Part shown: positions 1 to 12,259 of the stretch, piece by piece | Layout of the letters: each line of letters opens with the position of its first letter | Position numbering within the stretch: the stretch's first letter is position 1 | Source: Lama guanicoe | Taxonomy: Eukaryota | Direction of reading: 5' to 3' | Assembly: GCA_013239625.1 (NCBI GenBank) | Contig: MU054323.1 | Location: forward strand, 8,049,220-8,113,219 | DNA: 64,000 bases | Notes under the pieces: model-generated | Seen by the model: only the letters and a program-made list of their open reading frames with translations | Told to the model about the DNA's origin: nothing | The model's database searches: none | Made by a program: the position numbers and the translations under genes

Positions 1-1349
1 ATATTGTTTCTCTAACGAATATGTTACAGTAACTACAAATAATTTAAAAGCTGGATAATGATTGTGAGGAATTCAGTTCTTGTTTTTAAGTGAGAAGAAA
101 TGTAAACCCTTTTCTTGGTGAATAGAATTATAAACTCTTGTGCTGTTAATTACTTACATGGGACAAAATCCCATTTGTTGATTATTTTTCTATACTTGCT
201 TCTTTAGCTTCAGGGGCATTTTTATAAGGGGAAATATAGAAGACAGTAGATTTAAGTATTTTGCAAACTTCAATGTTCTCTTCTAAAGTAAGAGACTGGT
301 TTCAGGACAAGTTGGGTAGGCTAGATATAATAAAATGAAAATCAGAACTGTGCAGTTTATTTTCTTTTCCCTCACACTTTAACATTCTTTTCTAGTTATT
401 CTACATATCTTAGCATTGTCTCATAATTATGATTTCTAATTGCTGTACAGTATTCCATCAAGGAGATTACTTAATAATTATCAGTGTACTTAGCCATGAC
501 TCAGTTATTTTTAATCATTTAATCATTTATTCCAGATTTTCACTATTATAAATAAAGTTGGGATGAACAATCTGGAATAATATTTTTTTCCCTCTTCATT
601 TGCTTTTATTTTCTGAGGATAATTTCATAGCAATCATGTAAAATGATACTCACATTTCTGTGGCTTTTAAAATAGTTCTGTTGAGTATGTTTATTTTGAA
701 AGGAACCCTGCTATGAGGCAGTTTGAGAGATGAAATGTCTTTCCTTCTGTATTGTCATACATATGTTTAAAACAGGGGCACCTGTCACGCTTGATAACAA
801 CTTTTTGTACCTTGCATGTGTTGCTAAACTTAGGTTTCTTCCTTTAGTGTTTCTCCCCAAAGTAGCCCACGATTGTTAAAACAAAATAGATGAAAATAAC
901 CATGATAAGTCTGTGAATTATGACATGAAGACATAATCATTTATGTTCTTATTTGTGCAAATTTAACACATGCTTTATACCAACACTCTTAGGCCTTTAT
1001 TCTGATATTTTATTAGCCATTCATGAAGTAGAACATAGTTCTCAGTGTCTTTCATAATTGTTTTACCTTTTTATAATCCTTCAGAAGTATATTATTAGAA
1101 AACCATACACATGCCAGACCAAACCAAAACACATTTTTATGTCAAATTACAAAGGCAGTATATCTTTATTGTTAAAAATCTGGAAAATAAATACAAGCTA
1201 ACTGAAAAAAATTCCAGGAGCATCTTTTCTATGTCTTTGTGCTCTCTTACCAGTTCTATAACTTCTGAACTGAAGGTAAAATTTGCCAAGCTGCACACAA
1301 CATTCACTTGAACTATTGAAATATAAACATTAAGTATAAGAATAGAAAT

Positions 1350-1505
1350 CAGAGCACAGGGAACTATACTCAGTTTTTTGTAATGAGCTGTTTGTAATGG
1401 AAAAGAATCTGAAAAAAAAATATATGTGTGTGTATGTATAACTGAATCGCTTTGCTGTAGACATGAAACTAACATTTTGAATCAACTACACTTCAATTAA
1501 AAAAA
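1350..1505 (+). mobile_element. L1 3'-end fragment (artiodactyl-type) with A tail
   Basis: agcacagggaactatactcag...aactacacttcaattaaaaaa; flanked by an aatagaaat direct repeat. Confidence 0.75.
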
Positions 1506-2035
1506 TAGAAATAAGTATTAAATAAACCTTATTTGCTAGTTGGCACATAAACCATGCTCTTGCCTACCCACTAGGGATACCCTAACTAATATGACCTAAA
1601 CCTTTCAAAATTTACAGATGTAGTTTTTATACTGTTTCATCAGGGTTAGAAATGATTACCTAGAAACGCAAAAAACGCTGAACATTGACTCTAACTATAT
1701 ATGTAAGTATTTGACCTGCTGGGTAATATAAGTCAGCTAATTGTATAATTTTTCAGTGGATTTGGATGTAACTCTGTGTGACCTGCAGGGCTCTGGGAAG
1801 ATTAGATTTCGGAGTTGGGTAGACCCAGGCTTAAGTCCTAACTCTCCCAGGGTAGTTCTAGTACTCATTTAGCCATCTAACTGCACAGCTATCCTAGTTC
1901 AGGAAAACTTCTTCATTTATGATGGTTTCTACCATGCCAGTAGATTATTGTCTCCAGAGGGTGAATTCTTAATGCTTGGAAAAAAAAAAAATCAGGTGCG
2001 TGTTTGTCATTGCCTGGTGTTCTGGTTTCCTGTAG

Positions 2036-2134
2036 GTAAAGCAACTGAGCAGCCATTTTCAGATTTACCCCTTCTCATTGAGGAAACCAAACTCGGATTG
2101 ACTAGGAATGGAAGAAAAGAATATTGGCCTGTAA
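2036..2134 (+). CDS. SELENOI: SELENOI (ethanolaminephosphotransferase 1, selenoprotein I) last coding exon, with Sec UGA at 2099-2101
   Basis: Acceptor ttcctgtag|GTA. Translates VKQLSSHFQIYPFSLRKPNSD-U-LGMEEKNIGL-TAA(2132-2134), matching the recalled SELENOI C-terminus. SECIS lies downstream. Confidence 0.96.
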
Positions 2135-3468
2135 TCTACAGAAAGAAGTACTGTAAATAAGATGCCTGTAAATATTTCATCCATCACCATTGAACTAAAC
2201 TGATCTGCTTAATAGACATGGGAACTCAGTGTGTGTGGTACTTGGACAGCAGGAATGGTATATATGATCTGAACTTGTGGAACTTTAGACCTACTAACTC
2301 CCAGCTTACTTTTTTTTTTTATAAAACCATGTGATGTTTTGGTTAAACATAATGTACATTAGGTCAGCAAAATGTTCCTAGTGATTTTACCTTCAGGAGT
2401 CCATATTTGGTTGTATTTGGTTCATACAGAGTTAAAGATGCTTGGCTTTTATTTTTAAAACCCCCAAATTGGGTTGGGAGCACTAATAACATTCAGAAAA
2501 CCCCAATATGTTTTCATATTTGGCACTTAGTAGTAGGTCTTTAGCTATGGAAACTATCAATAGCCCAAATCTAACATAAGGGAAAAGATAAGAGCAAGCT
2601 ACCTTCAGCAAGAGATGCTAAATGATTATGGAACAATACACAGTTGCCAAATACTGGTTTCTCTTTCCCATGGAAATGCCTTTTGTCCTCATGTGCTAAG
2701 AGAGCTGATATATATATTTGGATTCTCTAGGATTCTGGCTCAATTTCTTACGGAACAGATCTTGATTAATGGTTTAATCTTCTTTTAAAGAAAAATATCC
2801 TATTGAGGCTTAGTAGAGAATGGATTGGAATTGTAGCTCGCTCGTTGGCATGGTTCATTGTTTAAATGTGGCATTTTCCCCCTCAGCTGCAAGTTGCTGA
2901 GATTTGGTGCCTGTGAACTATGATCAAATGAATGCATGTGACAGTCCCAGTCTTAAAATAATGACTTGTGAGGAACACAGATAAACTTCCTTATAAGAAA
3001 AATTTTCGTAAGAGTTAGGAATCTCAGGAACCTCACTCTGAAATTACTACAGTGAACCTCACTGTGAAATTAGTTTTCTGATATAATATAATTTTCTGAT
3101 ATAATTCCCTTCTCCGTCCCTCTGTTTCTTTCTGTGGGGGAGACTGCTGTGTTTTTTATTTCATAAAGGATAAAGAAGTAGAGAGAAATTCTCTCTTCTC
3201 CAACTCGCTCATTTCCCCCACTGAAGAAAATTTTTAATATTTATGCCTTACTGAGTATATACTCCCTTTAATATGACTTGGAGTAATTTTTGAGGTTTAT
3301 TGACAAACATAAAAATCCCTTTGATTTTGACATGGTTGTTTTATGATTACACCTTTCTGTGAATGTGGATATTTTCTTCTATTTCTTTTTTGGTTTTTGT
3401 CTCTGTTTAGTTTGGTGGTGGTGAAATTTACTGGCTGATTTTCTTTTATTTTCCACGGAATGAAGTTT

Positions 3469-3536
3469 GTGCTTGAATGAAAAGTGTATCTTAAACCCTT
3501 TTTTTTGGACAGATTGCACTTGGATAAAATAGGCAC
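3469..3536 (+). promoter_or_regulatory. SELENOI: SECIS element (selenocysteine insertion sequence)
   Basis: Helix I gtgctt(3469-74)/aggcac(3531-36); core ATGAA(3477-81)/GGAT(3522-25); helix II aagtgtatct(3482-91)/agattgcactt(3511-21); apical AAA at 3493-95. Confidence 0.93.
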
Positions 3537-6500
3537 CACTGTGTTGATATGTAATTAAATCCATAATCATTATTTATCTATGAATGTGACCATCGTTAAA
3601 TTTAATTATAGTGTATTCCTTTGTTGAATTTTAGTCTGCTGCTTTGTAAAAATAACTATGTAATGGATATTTCAGTTTTTAAATTTGTAAAGCATAATCA
3701 CTGTCATTCAAGTTATTAGAAATGAGGTGTCAAAGAGCTAACACATGGTTCTGTACTCATTTTTAAAAACTGTAAAGGTTGAAGTTTATTCAGTGACTTT
3801 CTCTGAGACAAAAATGAACACTGAAAATAGGTGAGAAATTGATGCAGGAAAATATGGGTAGTGATTCCATGTTTGTTAATATAATTGCCATCATGAAGGT
3901 CAGCAAATGAACTAATTAAGTAAAGGTGACTCTTTTTTGTATACCTTGTTCTGTGTCATTTGTAGAACTGAACTGGATAAAGTGTTAATTTGGGCTGGGA
4001 ACAAAGCTTTGTTTTAAGGTTCTAAGCTAATCATTTTACTGTTGACCTTGTACCCAAGGAGATTCGTCTGTATTATATAAGAAAAGAATTGATAAATATT
4101 TATAAAATGACAAATTTGGACCATAGGTTTTCTTCACCTTGTACAGTATAGTTTAAAAAAAAAATACCCTTTCCTTCTGGCATAGGGTCATGTCCTATAA
4201 TTTTGGGGCTATTTTACCTCAAAGTGTGTTTCTGTTCTCTTTCTGTTGCATCAGGTTTATTTGAAAGTTGTTTTGTGCCCATACTTTATTTCCCAATGGT
4301 GGTTAAGAATTATGCTATAGTCAGTTTTATTGGCATCATTAGATGAAAGAAAGATGGCTGTCAACAAGGTGAAAGATGAAAAGTGAGTAATTAACTGTTT
4401 CAGAATACTGTGGACTTGTGAATCTTTAGTGTACTGCTGACTCTTTTTCTTGGTTTTGTCTGCCATCTTGAAGTGCATCACGAAAGCTCCCATTTGTTAT
4501 GCAGTGATACAGCAGCTGACGCAGGACTTAATTACAAAGAGCTCTGTGAATTTATGTCATTGCCAATTATCATAACATTTCCAAAGTATAAAAGCTATTT
4601 CACCCTTATGCATGACATTTTGGGGTGCATTCACACCCCCCAGCCTTTCTCCCAGCATACTCTGAACTGCCTTTTGGGGAGCAATGGCGTGATTAGTCAC
4701 ACATGCATGTTTTCTGTGCATTTCAGAATAGAGTGCCTTAGCCAGGCCAGAGGTTTGCTTTGTGTTTCTGCTGACCAAAGTTACCTAGACCTGTAAGAAG
4801 TTTCTTTTCAGGTCATGGTAGGAAAAATGTCCTTTCATGCTTGTCAGAAAATAATTCCCCTATATTTGAGGGGAGCATGAGATAGAAAAATCTAAAAAAT
4901 ACCTGAATAGAGTATGTTAATGCTGCCTTTTGTGATCCTTTAATAACATTCATGTTCTTAGTATAATGCACAGTTAAAAATTGCCACAATTTAAACCATC
5001 ATTCCTCCATTAATGTGTAATAGATGTAGTTTATGGGTTTTAGGCTTAAGGGTTAAAGAGTGAATAACTTCCAAATAAAAAACTAAATAGTTTTCCTTGA
5101 CATTTTAATAATATCATGATCAAATTGCTTTTAATTGTAATATTAAAAAGAAAGTTCAGTGCTGACTATGGTCTACAATGTTACAGTACTATTAACCGAC
5201 ATGACATTTGTTTTAATATAGAGGTATTGGGAAGAGGAGTGTATATCTAGAGTTGCCCAAATTCTAAACAGATACCAAAAGAATATTGATTGTAACCTAA
5301 TGTCTGGGCACTAGGGGAACATGCAAAGGAAAAAGCAGGCATAGTATCCACTTTAAGGGATTCTATGCCCCTAGTGCCCAGTGATGTTACTGCAGTGCGC
5401 AGTTTAAAATTGTCACAATTTAAATCGTCCCTCCTCCACCAGGTTTCCCAAGTGTTCAGTTGAGTTTATTTTGTAGTCAGTCAAAAGGCATTTGGAATGT
5501 AGCTTGCTTTCCGAGGCCGACTTTGATTCTCTAACCTACAGAGAATAAAAAGATAATCTGAAAGTATTTGAATCAAAGGCTCCTTTTCCCCCTTTATATT
5601 TTAACTGGGCGCCTGTGTTTAAGTCTTCCTCTTCATTCTTCACCTGGGTTTCCCTTTAACTAGTCCCACCTGGGGCGGAGATGCCCACTTGCTTGGTTGC
5701 CTCTAGATCTTGCCGCATACAGACCTCCTTGGTTGCCTTTGATCTCGTGCTTAGTCAAGGACTGGGAACACGCCCGAGGGGACAGAGTAAACCTGACGCG
5801 CTAGAACTTCTGACTTTGGGTCTTCAAATAAGCCAAAAACGGATACAGAAATCTGGTTGTGTTGATTCCTGTGTTCAGAGTGGCCTTTATCTTGACCTCA
5901 GTTCTGGCCTTGCTTGAGCACTCTTGCAGGAAATTTGTGAAGTCCGACTAGAATTTTCTTTGTCTTATCAGGTGTCTTTGTGAGGCAGCATACCCATTCT
6001 TGAACACCCTGTGGGTGAGTAATCTTAAGTGAGCTGCCAGTACTAGAACCTTCCAAGAAGAAGTTTAACTAGTATGCTGCATTTGAAGCACTTTGACATG
6101 TACATTTTAAGTAACAGTTTTAATGGTAAAACGGTGTTAAATTAATCACTGTGAAACTAGAAAGTGTGATGCCCTGTACATTTCAGGAAGCTTAAGTAAA
6201 TTTCTGATTTTCCATTATTAATTATGTAACCCATGTGATTTGTATATTTTACTTTTCATCTTTGACAGTGGTACAAATGACTGACATTGGCAGGCTGTTA
6301 CTTTAGGGTATATGGTAAATCATGATTGTCTAACTTTTCCAGAGAAAGTGGCAATGTGTTTACTTTTTCCTTTGTGTGGAGACATGAGAATTGGATTTAT
6401 TGGCTAATTTATTTCCAGCGTTTCTACAGTGCAAAATAAATGTAACCTTTTAAACCTGCATGCTAGTAATGCTTTGGTTTTTAATAAATATGCAAGAGGT

Positions 6501-8626
6501 AATCTAGCTGATTTTTATTTGCTTGTTTTTAAGCAGGGACCTGTTCTTTTTACAGACAGATGTTAAATGAGCTAACATGCAGGATAGCAAAAGAAGTTTT
6601 GCCATTTGTAGCCTTTTTCACAGGTGGCCTGAGCGATGGGGCTTATGTTGCATTTGGTCAGAAAAGCCAGGTTTCCAGAATTGGAAAATGGCACATGGAC
6701 TGATTTTTAGAGTATTTTAATGAGAGCTTGTCTCGAGGAAAGTCTGTTTGGACACAACAGAAGTAGTGTCTGGTCTTCCACAGACCATTCACACAATCTT
6801 ACTCTTCAGAATTATTCCTAGAAAATCAGACTAAATCAGAGTGGTGTTATTTTTAAAGCCTGTGAATTGGATCATGGCCACAAAGTACCTAATTCTACTT
6901 TGAAATTAGAGATAGTATTGAAGACACAACTTGTGTCTAAATGCTGTGGATGCCTCATGGCTCTTAGGCTAAAGTCTTCTCTTGAGCGGTTTCTATGGGT
7001 AACAGTTAGAATATGAATTGATTTTGGTTTTTATTAAGACATACACAATTCAGCATGAGCTCTAGATTCTGATATTCTTGACAAGCACTTTTTACTCTCT
7101 AAAGGGTAAGTTCTTGACCAGAAACCTGTTTACTTTAGTACTCAATGTTACTAATCAGGTTAAAGAGGAGCCTGTTTTAATTTTGCAAGATCTATGAATG
7201 CTGCATTATAAATCTGAACTACTGGTATCATTCAGTATCAGACTCTGAATTGAGTAACTACTTGTGAAGACTGCCCACAATATTAACATTTTTTGTAGGT
7301 TATTTTTTTTGTATAGCTTATCCCATTAGAGCAGCCATTCAGGAGACAAAGACCCAGTTGCATGTAATGATTTGCTCTTTCTGGAATGTGCCAAGAAAGC
7401 AAAGTTCAGTATTAAACTCCAAATTTCAATTTAAAAATTTGCATTTCCTCTGGGTAAAGGGGATGGCAGTGAATAATTGCTGAGGTATAAACTCCTGCCT
7501 GCCTGCCTTCTCCCCTCCCCCTCCCATCTAATATAATAGATTAAATTTATAACCAATTGTAGGAAAACAAACTGATACTTTTCTGAGTAAGATTTCATGC
7601 CCTGTGACTAAGACTAGGTGGCAGGAGTCATGGCCGATGAGTGACTAAGTAGCTTAGCTTGGTCCTGTTGCAGTTTGCTTTCTGTAGTGTTCTGAAATAA
7701 AAGGGTGGTTCCATCCCTTCTCAGGTACCTAGAAACTGGAATGTGTTTGTTGCAAGTGGAATATATTAGAGAAGAAGATGAAGAGGAGCACAAAGTCTGA
7801 TTTTCCCTTTCAAGCTGTTTCATTGAACATATTAGTAATCAATCTGTCTAGGACTTGCTGTGTTCATAGTAAATAATGTGTTCATTTTATCTGGTTATGT
7901 CTGGAGTGTGTATATATACATATTTAATATGTACACATATATTCTCTGTGCATATATATGTGTGATATATTCGTATATACATGCAGTCTACTCTTGATTA
8001 TCAGCAAGACGGTAAGCCCTCACCTGGCTATTTCTTCATGTTGACTTAACCTGCATGTAGCCTCTAACTCTGTGAAGCCTCTTACTTATTTGGAGCCACG
8101 GTCTTTTCTTCTTTCAGTTCATCTCAGTCCCCAAGAAAGGCCCTGGAAATATGTCACTTTCCACTTCCCTTTCACCAGGGATTGTGTGAGCCAGAAAGAC
8201 AGCTTTTGAGAGATGGCTGCTTCTACCAGAGTTGAGGCTTCTGAGTCTGAAGGATGGTGGGGCCCATTCCTGGCCAGAAGGCAGCCCCTGGAGCAGCTGT
8301 GCTCATGGGCTTGTTGGGGGGAAATCTAGCTTTTGCGGGAAATGGGGCTTCACAACTTGCCCTTAGCTGGAATGTTGCGAAGCCTTAGGTAATTTGATGG
8401 GTTGGAGTACAGCTGTGCATTTCTCCATTCGTTTGTGCCCTCTGTATTCCTGTACCCCTTGCTAATCCAGATAATCAAGACCTGACTGGTTTCTTGCCAC
8501 TGGATTCTGGAAGCCTTGCCCTTTCAACTGGATTTATGTTTATTTCTGCTGCTGTGAAACCCAAAAGTAATGCAGTAGGTTTTAATTTAAAATTGTTTAA
8601 TTCTATTATTGACAAATATTTATTGT

Positions 8627-8632
8627 AATAAA
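8627..8632 (+). terminator. SELENOI: Probable distal polyadenylation signal of SELENOI
   Basis: AATAAA with TGTA immediately upstream and T/GT-rich downstream sequence (ttgtctttgttttccc). Confidence 0.6.
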
Positions 8633-10691
8633 TGTAAAGAGTAAATAATTTTAAAATCCTTTTAATTGTTCTCAGATTGTCTTTGTTTTCCCTTGGTAGG
8701 TGCCAAAGGGGAGGAGAGCTGTGGGGAGAAAGATAATATCCAGGCACTTGTCTCAGAGAATCATTGATTATTTTAGAGCAAAACATTAAAAGGTTTGGTT
8801 TTGTTTTGATTCCTCCTGTTTGCTCCTGGGTGTTCCATACTCCTGGGACTTGACTTGTTTCAGAAAGTGGAGTACTAGGAAGGTGGCAGTAACAGCTATT
8901 CATAATCTACTGCTCTCGACTCCCCCAGAACTGAGTACTGCATAGTATGTATCGTCCTCATAATTACTGGGCCACGCATTAGCTTATAAGGTGGTGGTTT
9001 CATACTCAAAAACATCTTCCCATAGAAGGAGTTAATGTATTCATTTTCCAGGCTACTTCCACAAGAACTTAATGACCCACACACTTAGTATACCTCAACT
9101 TTAGTATATGAACAAACCATGAGCTCTTATAAAAGTTTGTTTTTTCTGACATTGCTTCTGAGGAGTATGTTTCCTATTTTTTAAATCAGAATTGATCTCC
9201 CAGTTCTGGAGGTGGGCATTTAGAATTTTTATCTGTAACAGGTTTAAAGAAGGTGGGGAAGGAAGTGTCCCATATTCTAACCCAGGCTAATTCTCTGGCT
9301 GTGTGCTTGTCATCCCCTGCCCTCCCAACTTCTTGGTTGCATAGCCGTTATCCCCTCCCCTTTGTCTGCAAACCTCAGTCACCTAGCAGGTGACTGACAC
9401 TCAGCAGAGGCAACCAGCTTGGGTCTATCTAAACAAACAAAAATTACTGATGTAATTTTGACCACATGGGGCTATAGCCTAGACCTATTATCTCTCAAGG
9501 ATAATTCTTTTAAGTAGAATTGCCTACTCAGTGCATTTATTTATTTATGCTTATTTCAACTATTAATAGCTATTGGCAAACTATCCTAAAGGGTGTCGAT
9601 GAATGAGAGTGTCTTTTTTTTTTTCCAGATCTACAAAAAGCTTTGTTATTTATATAATTGAAGCTGTCTATGATAGCAGTGAAGACCTCCCAGCTGGTTG
9701 GGAGATAGCTGGAGAGAGCCAGGAAAGGAGACTGGCTTGGGGTATTGTTATGGCTAGGAGGTGGGGCCTAGATGAAGGTACCAGCGTACACAGTTGGAAT
9801 CCCCCAAAAAGGATAGAGCACCCAGCCTTTTTTTTTTTTTCCTTTTTAAAAATCAGCTGCCCAGATGAGGAGCAGAGGGGAAGGAAGGCAATGCAGCTTA
9901 AAAGCTGCCAGCAATCAAACAGCAAAAAAGGGACTCAGATTTCTTATCACAAAAGGTGTCTGGCTTTAAGGCCAAGCATCTTACTGATCACTCTTTATGG
10001 GTTTTTATGATACCTTTGCTCTCCCATCTCTCACATAATAGCCGAATGCCACGGACTTTCTCATGGTGTCCCACTTCCAGCTGTAGACATGCACACACGC
10101 TTCTGCTTGTTTCTCTTCTCACAGATCATGGAAACATGGACCAGCACGTGGAAGAGTCTGTGGTCAGAACCATCCCTTGCCCTTCTGATTCCATGGCTCC
10201 TAGGGATGTTTAACGCTTGAAGTTACAACTGAAGGAGAGAGATTTGACAGAGGGCCCTGAAGCCCTAAAGCAAACACATTCCCACTCCCATCACCTCCCA
10301 AACTCCTCAGCCCCGGCTAGAAATGGGATGAGGATCCAGTAGCACTCCTTAATCTCCCTACCACTTGCACACTTGGAAACATTAACTGACAAAAGAAAAT
10401 TCCATTTGCCTCTTGGTAGTTGTTATTCACGAAGGGCTTCTCTCCTTTGGCCTCACAATTGCCTGTGATTTGAGCAGGGAGGTAGTACCATCTAACACCC
10501 GAGAGAATGCTCAAGAAGTGACATACCCAAGGTTGCCAGGCTGGTCTAGAATTAGCACTTGTATTGTCTTACTCCACCAGTGCCCTTGCCTGAGTTTCCC
10601 CTAGGCCAGTGGGACAAGACACTGACAAATATTATCCAACTTGTTTTTGAAAGAGTTTTAATTCTCAACAAGAACAATATGTATTTTTTAA

Positions 10692-10826
10692 AGTTTTCCC
10701 CTTTTTGGGGGGAGGGGGTAGGTATTTGGGTTTATTTATTTATTTAAACGGCGGTACTGAGGACTGAACCCAGGACCTCGTACATGCTAAGCATTTCGCC
10801 CTACCACTGAGCTATACCCTCCCCCC
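10692..10826 (-). mobile_element. Vic-1-like camelid tRNA-derived SINE
   Basis: Reverse complement of ggg..tatagctcagtggtag...gtcctgggttcagtcctcagtacc with a (TAAA)n tail. Confidence 0.8.
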
Positions 10827-11374
10827 ACAACACTGTATTTTTGTTGGCAACGAGACACAAAAACTGTCCAGGAAATAGTGCCTTTCAATGGACAGTGCTT
10901 CCTCCAAAGGTTAATTGTAAGTAAGAGCTCAAAAATGAATGGATGACGAATAGATGGATGCAATATACTTCAGGTGAAACTTTCTGAAGAGGCAATAGAT
11001 CAGAGCGGACCTATTCTTCCATCCCCTCCATGAGGAAAGGACAACGCTTGTATCCTTAGTGCTAGCACAGTGCTTGGCATACAGTAGTAAATTCATTATA
11101 TTTGATGAATATGATTTAGAGGAATATATATTTGATAAATGAATGCAGAATTAATCATCCGGGTCAGTAAGTGATGAATCACAACTTGGTCAGCACCTTA
11201 GTTTTCCAGTCTCCGTTAATAACACCGGGCCTTCGTGGAGGTTTCAAGACAGTAGCCATCCTAATTGCAGCAGAGAGGAATAAAGCCCCAGACTGGGATA
11301 CAAAGTTCTGAATGCCGGTAGGCGGGGCCTCAGGGACTGCGCGCGCAATCACGCGCTCCGGGTCAGGTGACTAC

Positions 11375-11404
11375 TTTTCCCTGGCAACGGCCTGTGTTAG
11401 CAAC
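11375..11404 (+). promoter_or_regulatory. Two RFX X-box-like motifs upstream of the DRC1 ATG
   Basis: TTTTCCCTGGCAAC (11375-88) and CTGTGTTAGCAAC (11392-404) carry the RGCAAC half-site of the RFX consensus. Confidence 0.6.
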
Positions 11405-11450
11405 CGGCAGTAGTCCCGGCGGTGGTCGTTGCAGAGCTGCCTGGGGGTGA

Positions 11451-11609
<159 letters not shown>

Positions 11610-12259
11610 TGAGCCGAGTCTGGGCGGGTCCAGCCCAGTAGCGTCCTGGGTGCGGGTGACGCGATGCGGGGATAAGGGGGCGGGTACCCGTGGCCAGCGT
11701 GCCCTGAGTGTGAGCCGGCCTTGTTTCTTGATGAGATAGAAAACATTTCTTCCAGAAGCTTCAAGCAAAGTATGGGATGTTAAAACACTGAACACACTAG
11801 TAAAGCCAAAGACGGAAATAATAATCCCTCCAGCGCTTTCACTGAGAGCTCGCTGCGCCGGGCACTGAGGGCAACATACCGAAGATGCAGGCGCTCCGTA
11901 ACCTGCCCGCCGAGGTCTTTCCTCCTTGCTTCCCAGCCTGCCTTCCTTCCGCAAGTAGTTATGGAGTGAATCTCAGCTATCACTTACGCTGGTTTCAGTG
12001 GCTTACCTGGTTGTAAGACACAAACCCTTATTCCTCAAGGGTCTGTGACTGATAAGCATACCGTTTGCAGACTGGGGTACCGCACCTGTCCATTCACAGG
12101 CGCAATCGCCTGTCATAAGGAGGTACCAAGGGGCGCTTGCATGATCCCCTGAATTCCTAAGCACCCTCAAGTGACAGCACTTATACCTTGTCCTTCTGGT
12201 CAGGGTCGGCTGCCCTGCCAAGATGGTGTTTCTCTTCTTGTCTGCTGGCTGTTGACCAC

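Larger units (their letters stand above)
2135..8655 (+). other. SELENOI: SELENOI long 3' UTR (3' end approximate)
   Basis: Follows the TAA; AT-rich and repeat-poor; contains the SECIS. Distal AATAAA at 8627-8632 is followed by a T/GT-rich tract. Confidence 0.7.

Noticed and set aside
1948..2160. 70-aa ORF overlapping the SELENOI last exon
   Set aside because: Different frame from the conserved SELENOI peptide, starts in the intron at a non-ATG codon, and has no recognisable product.
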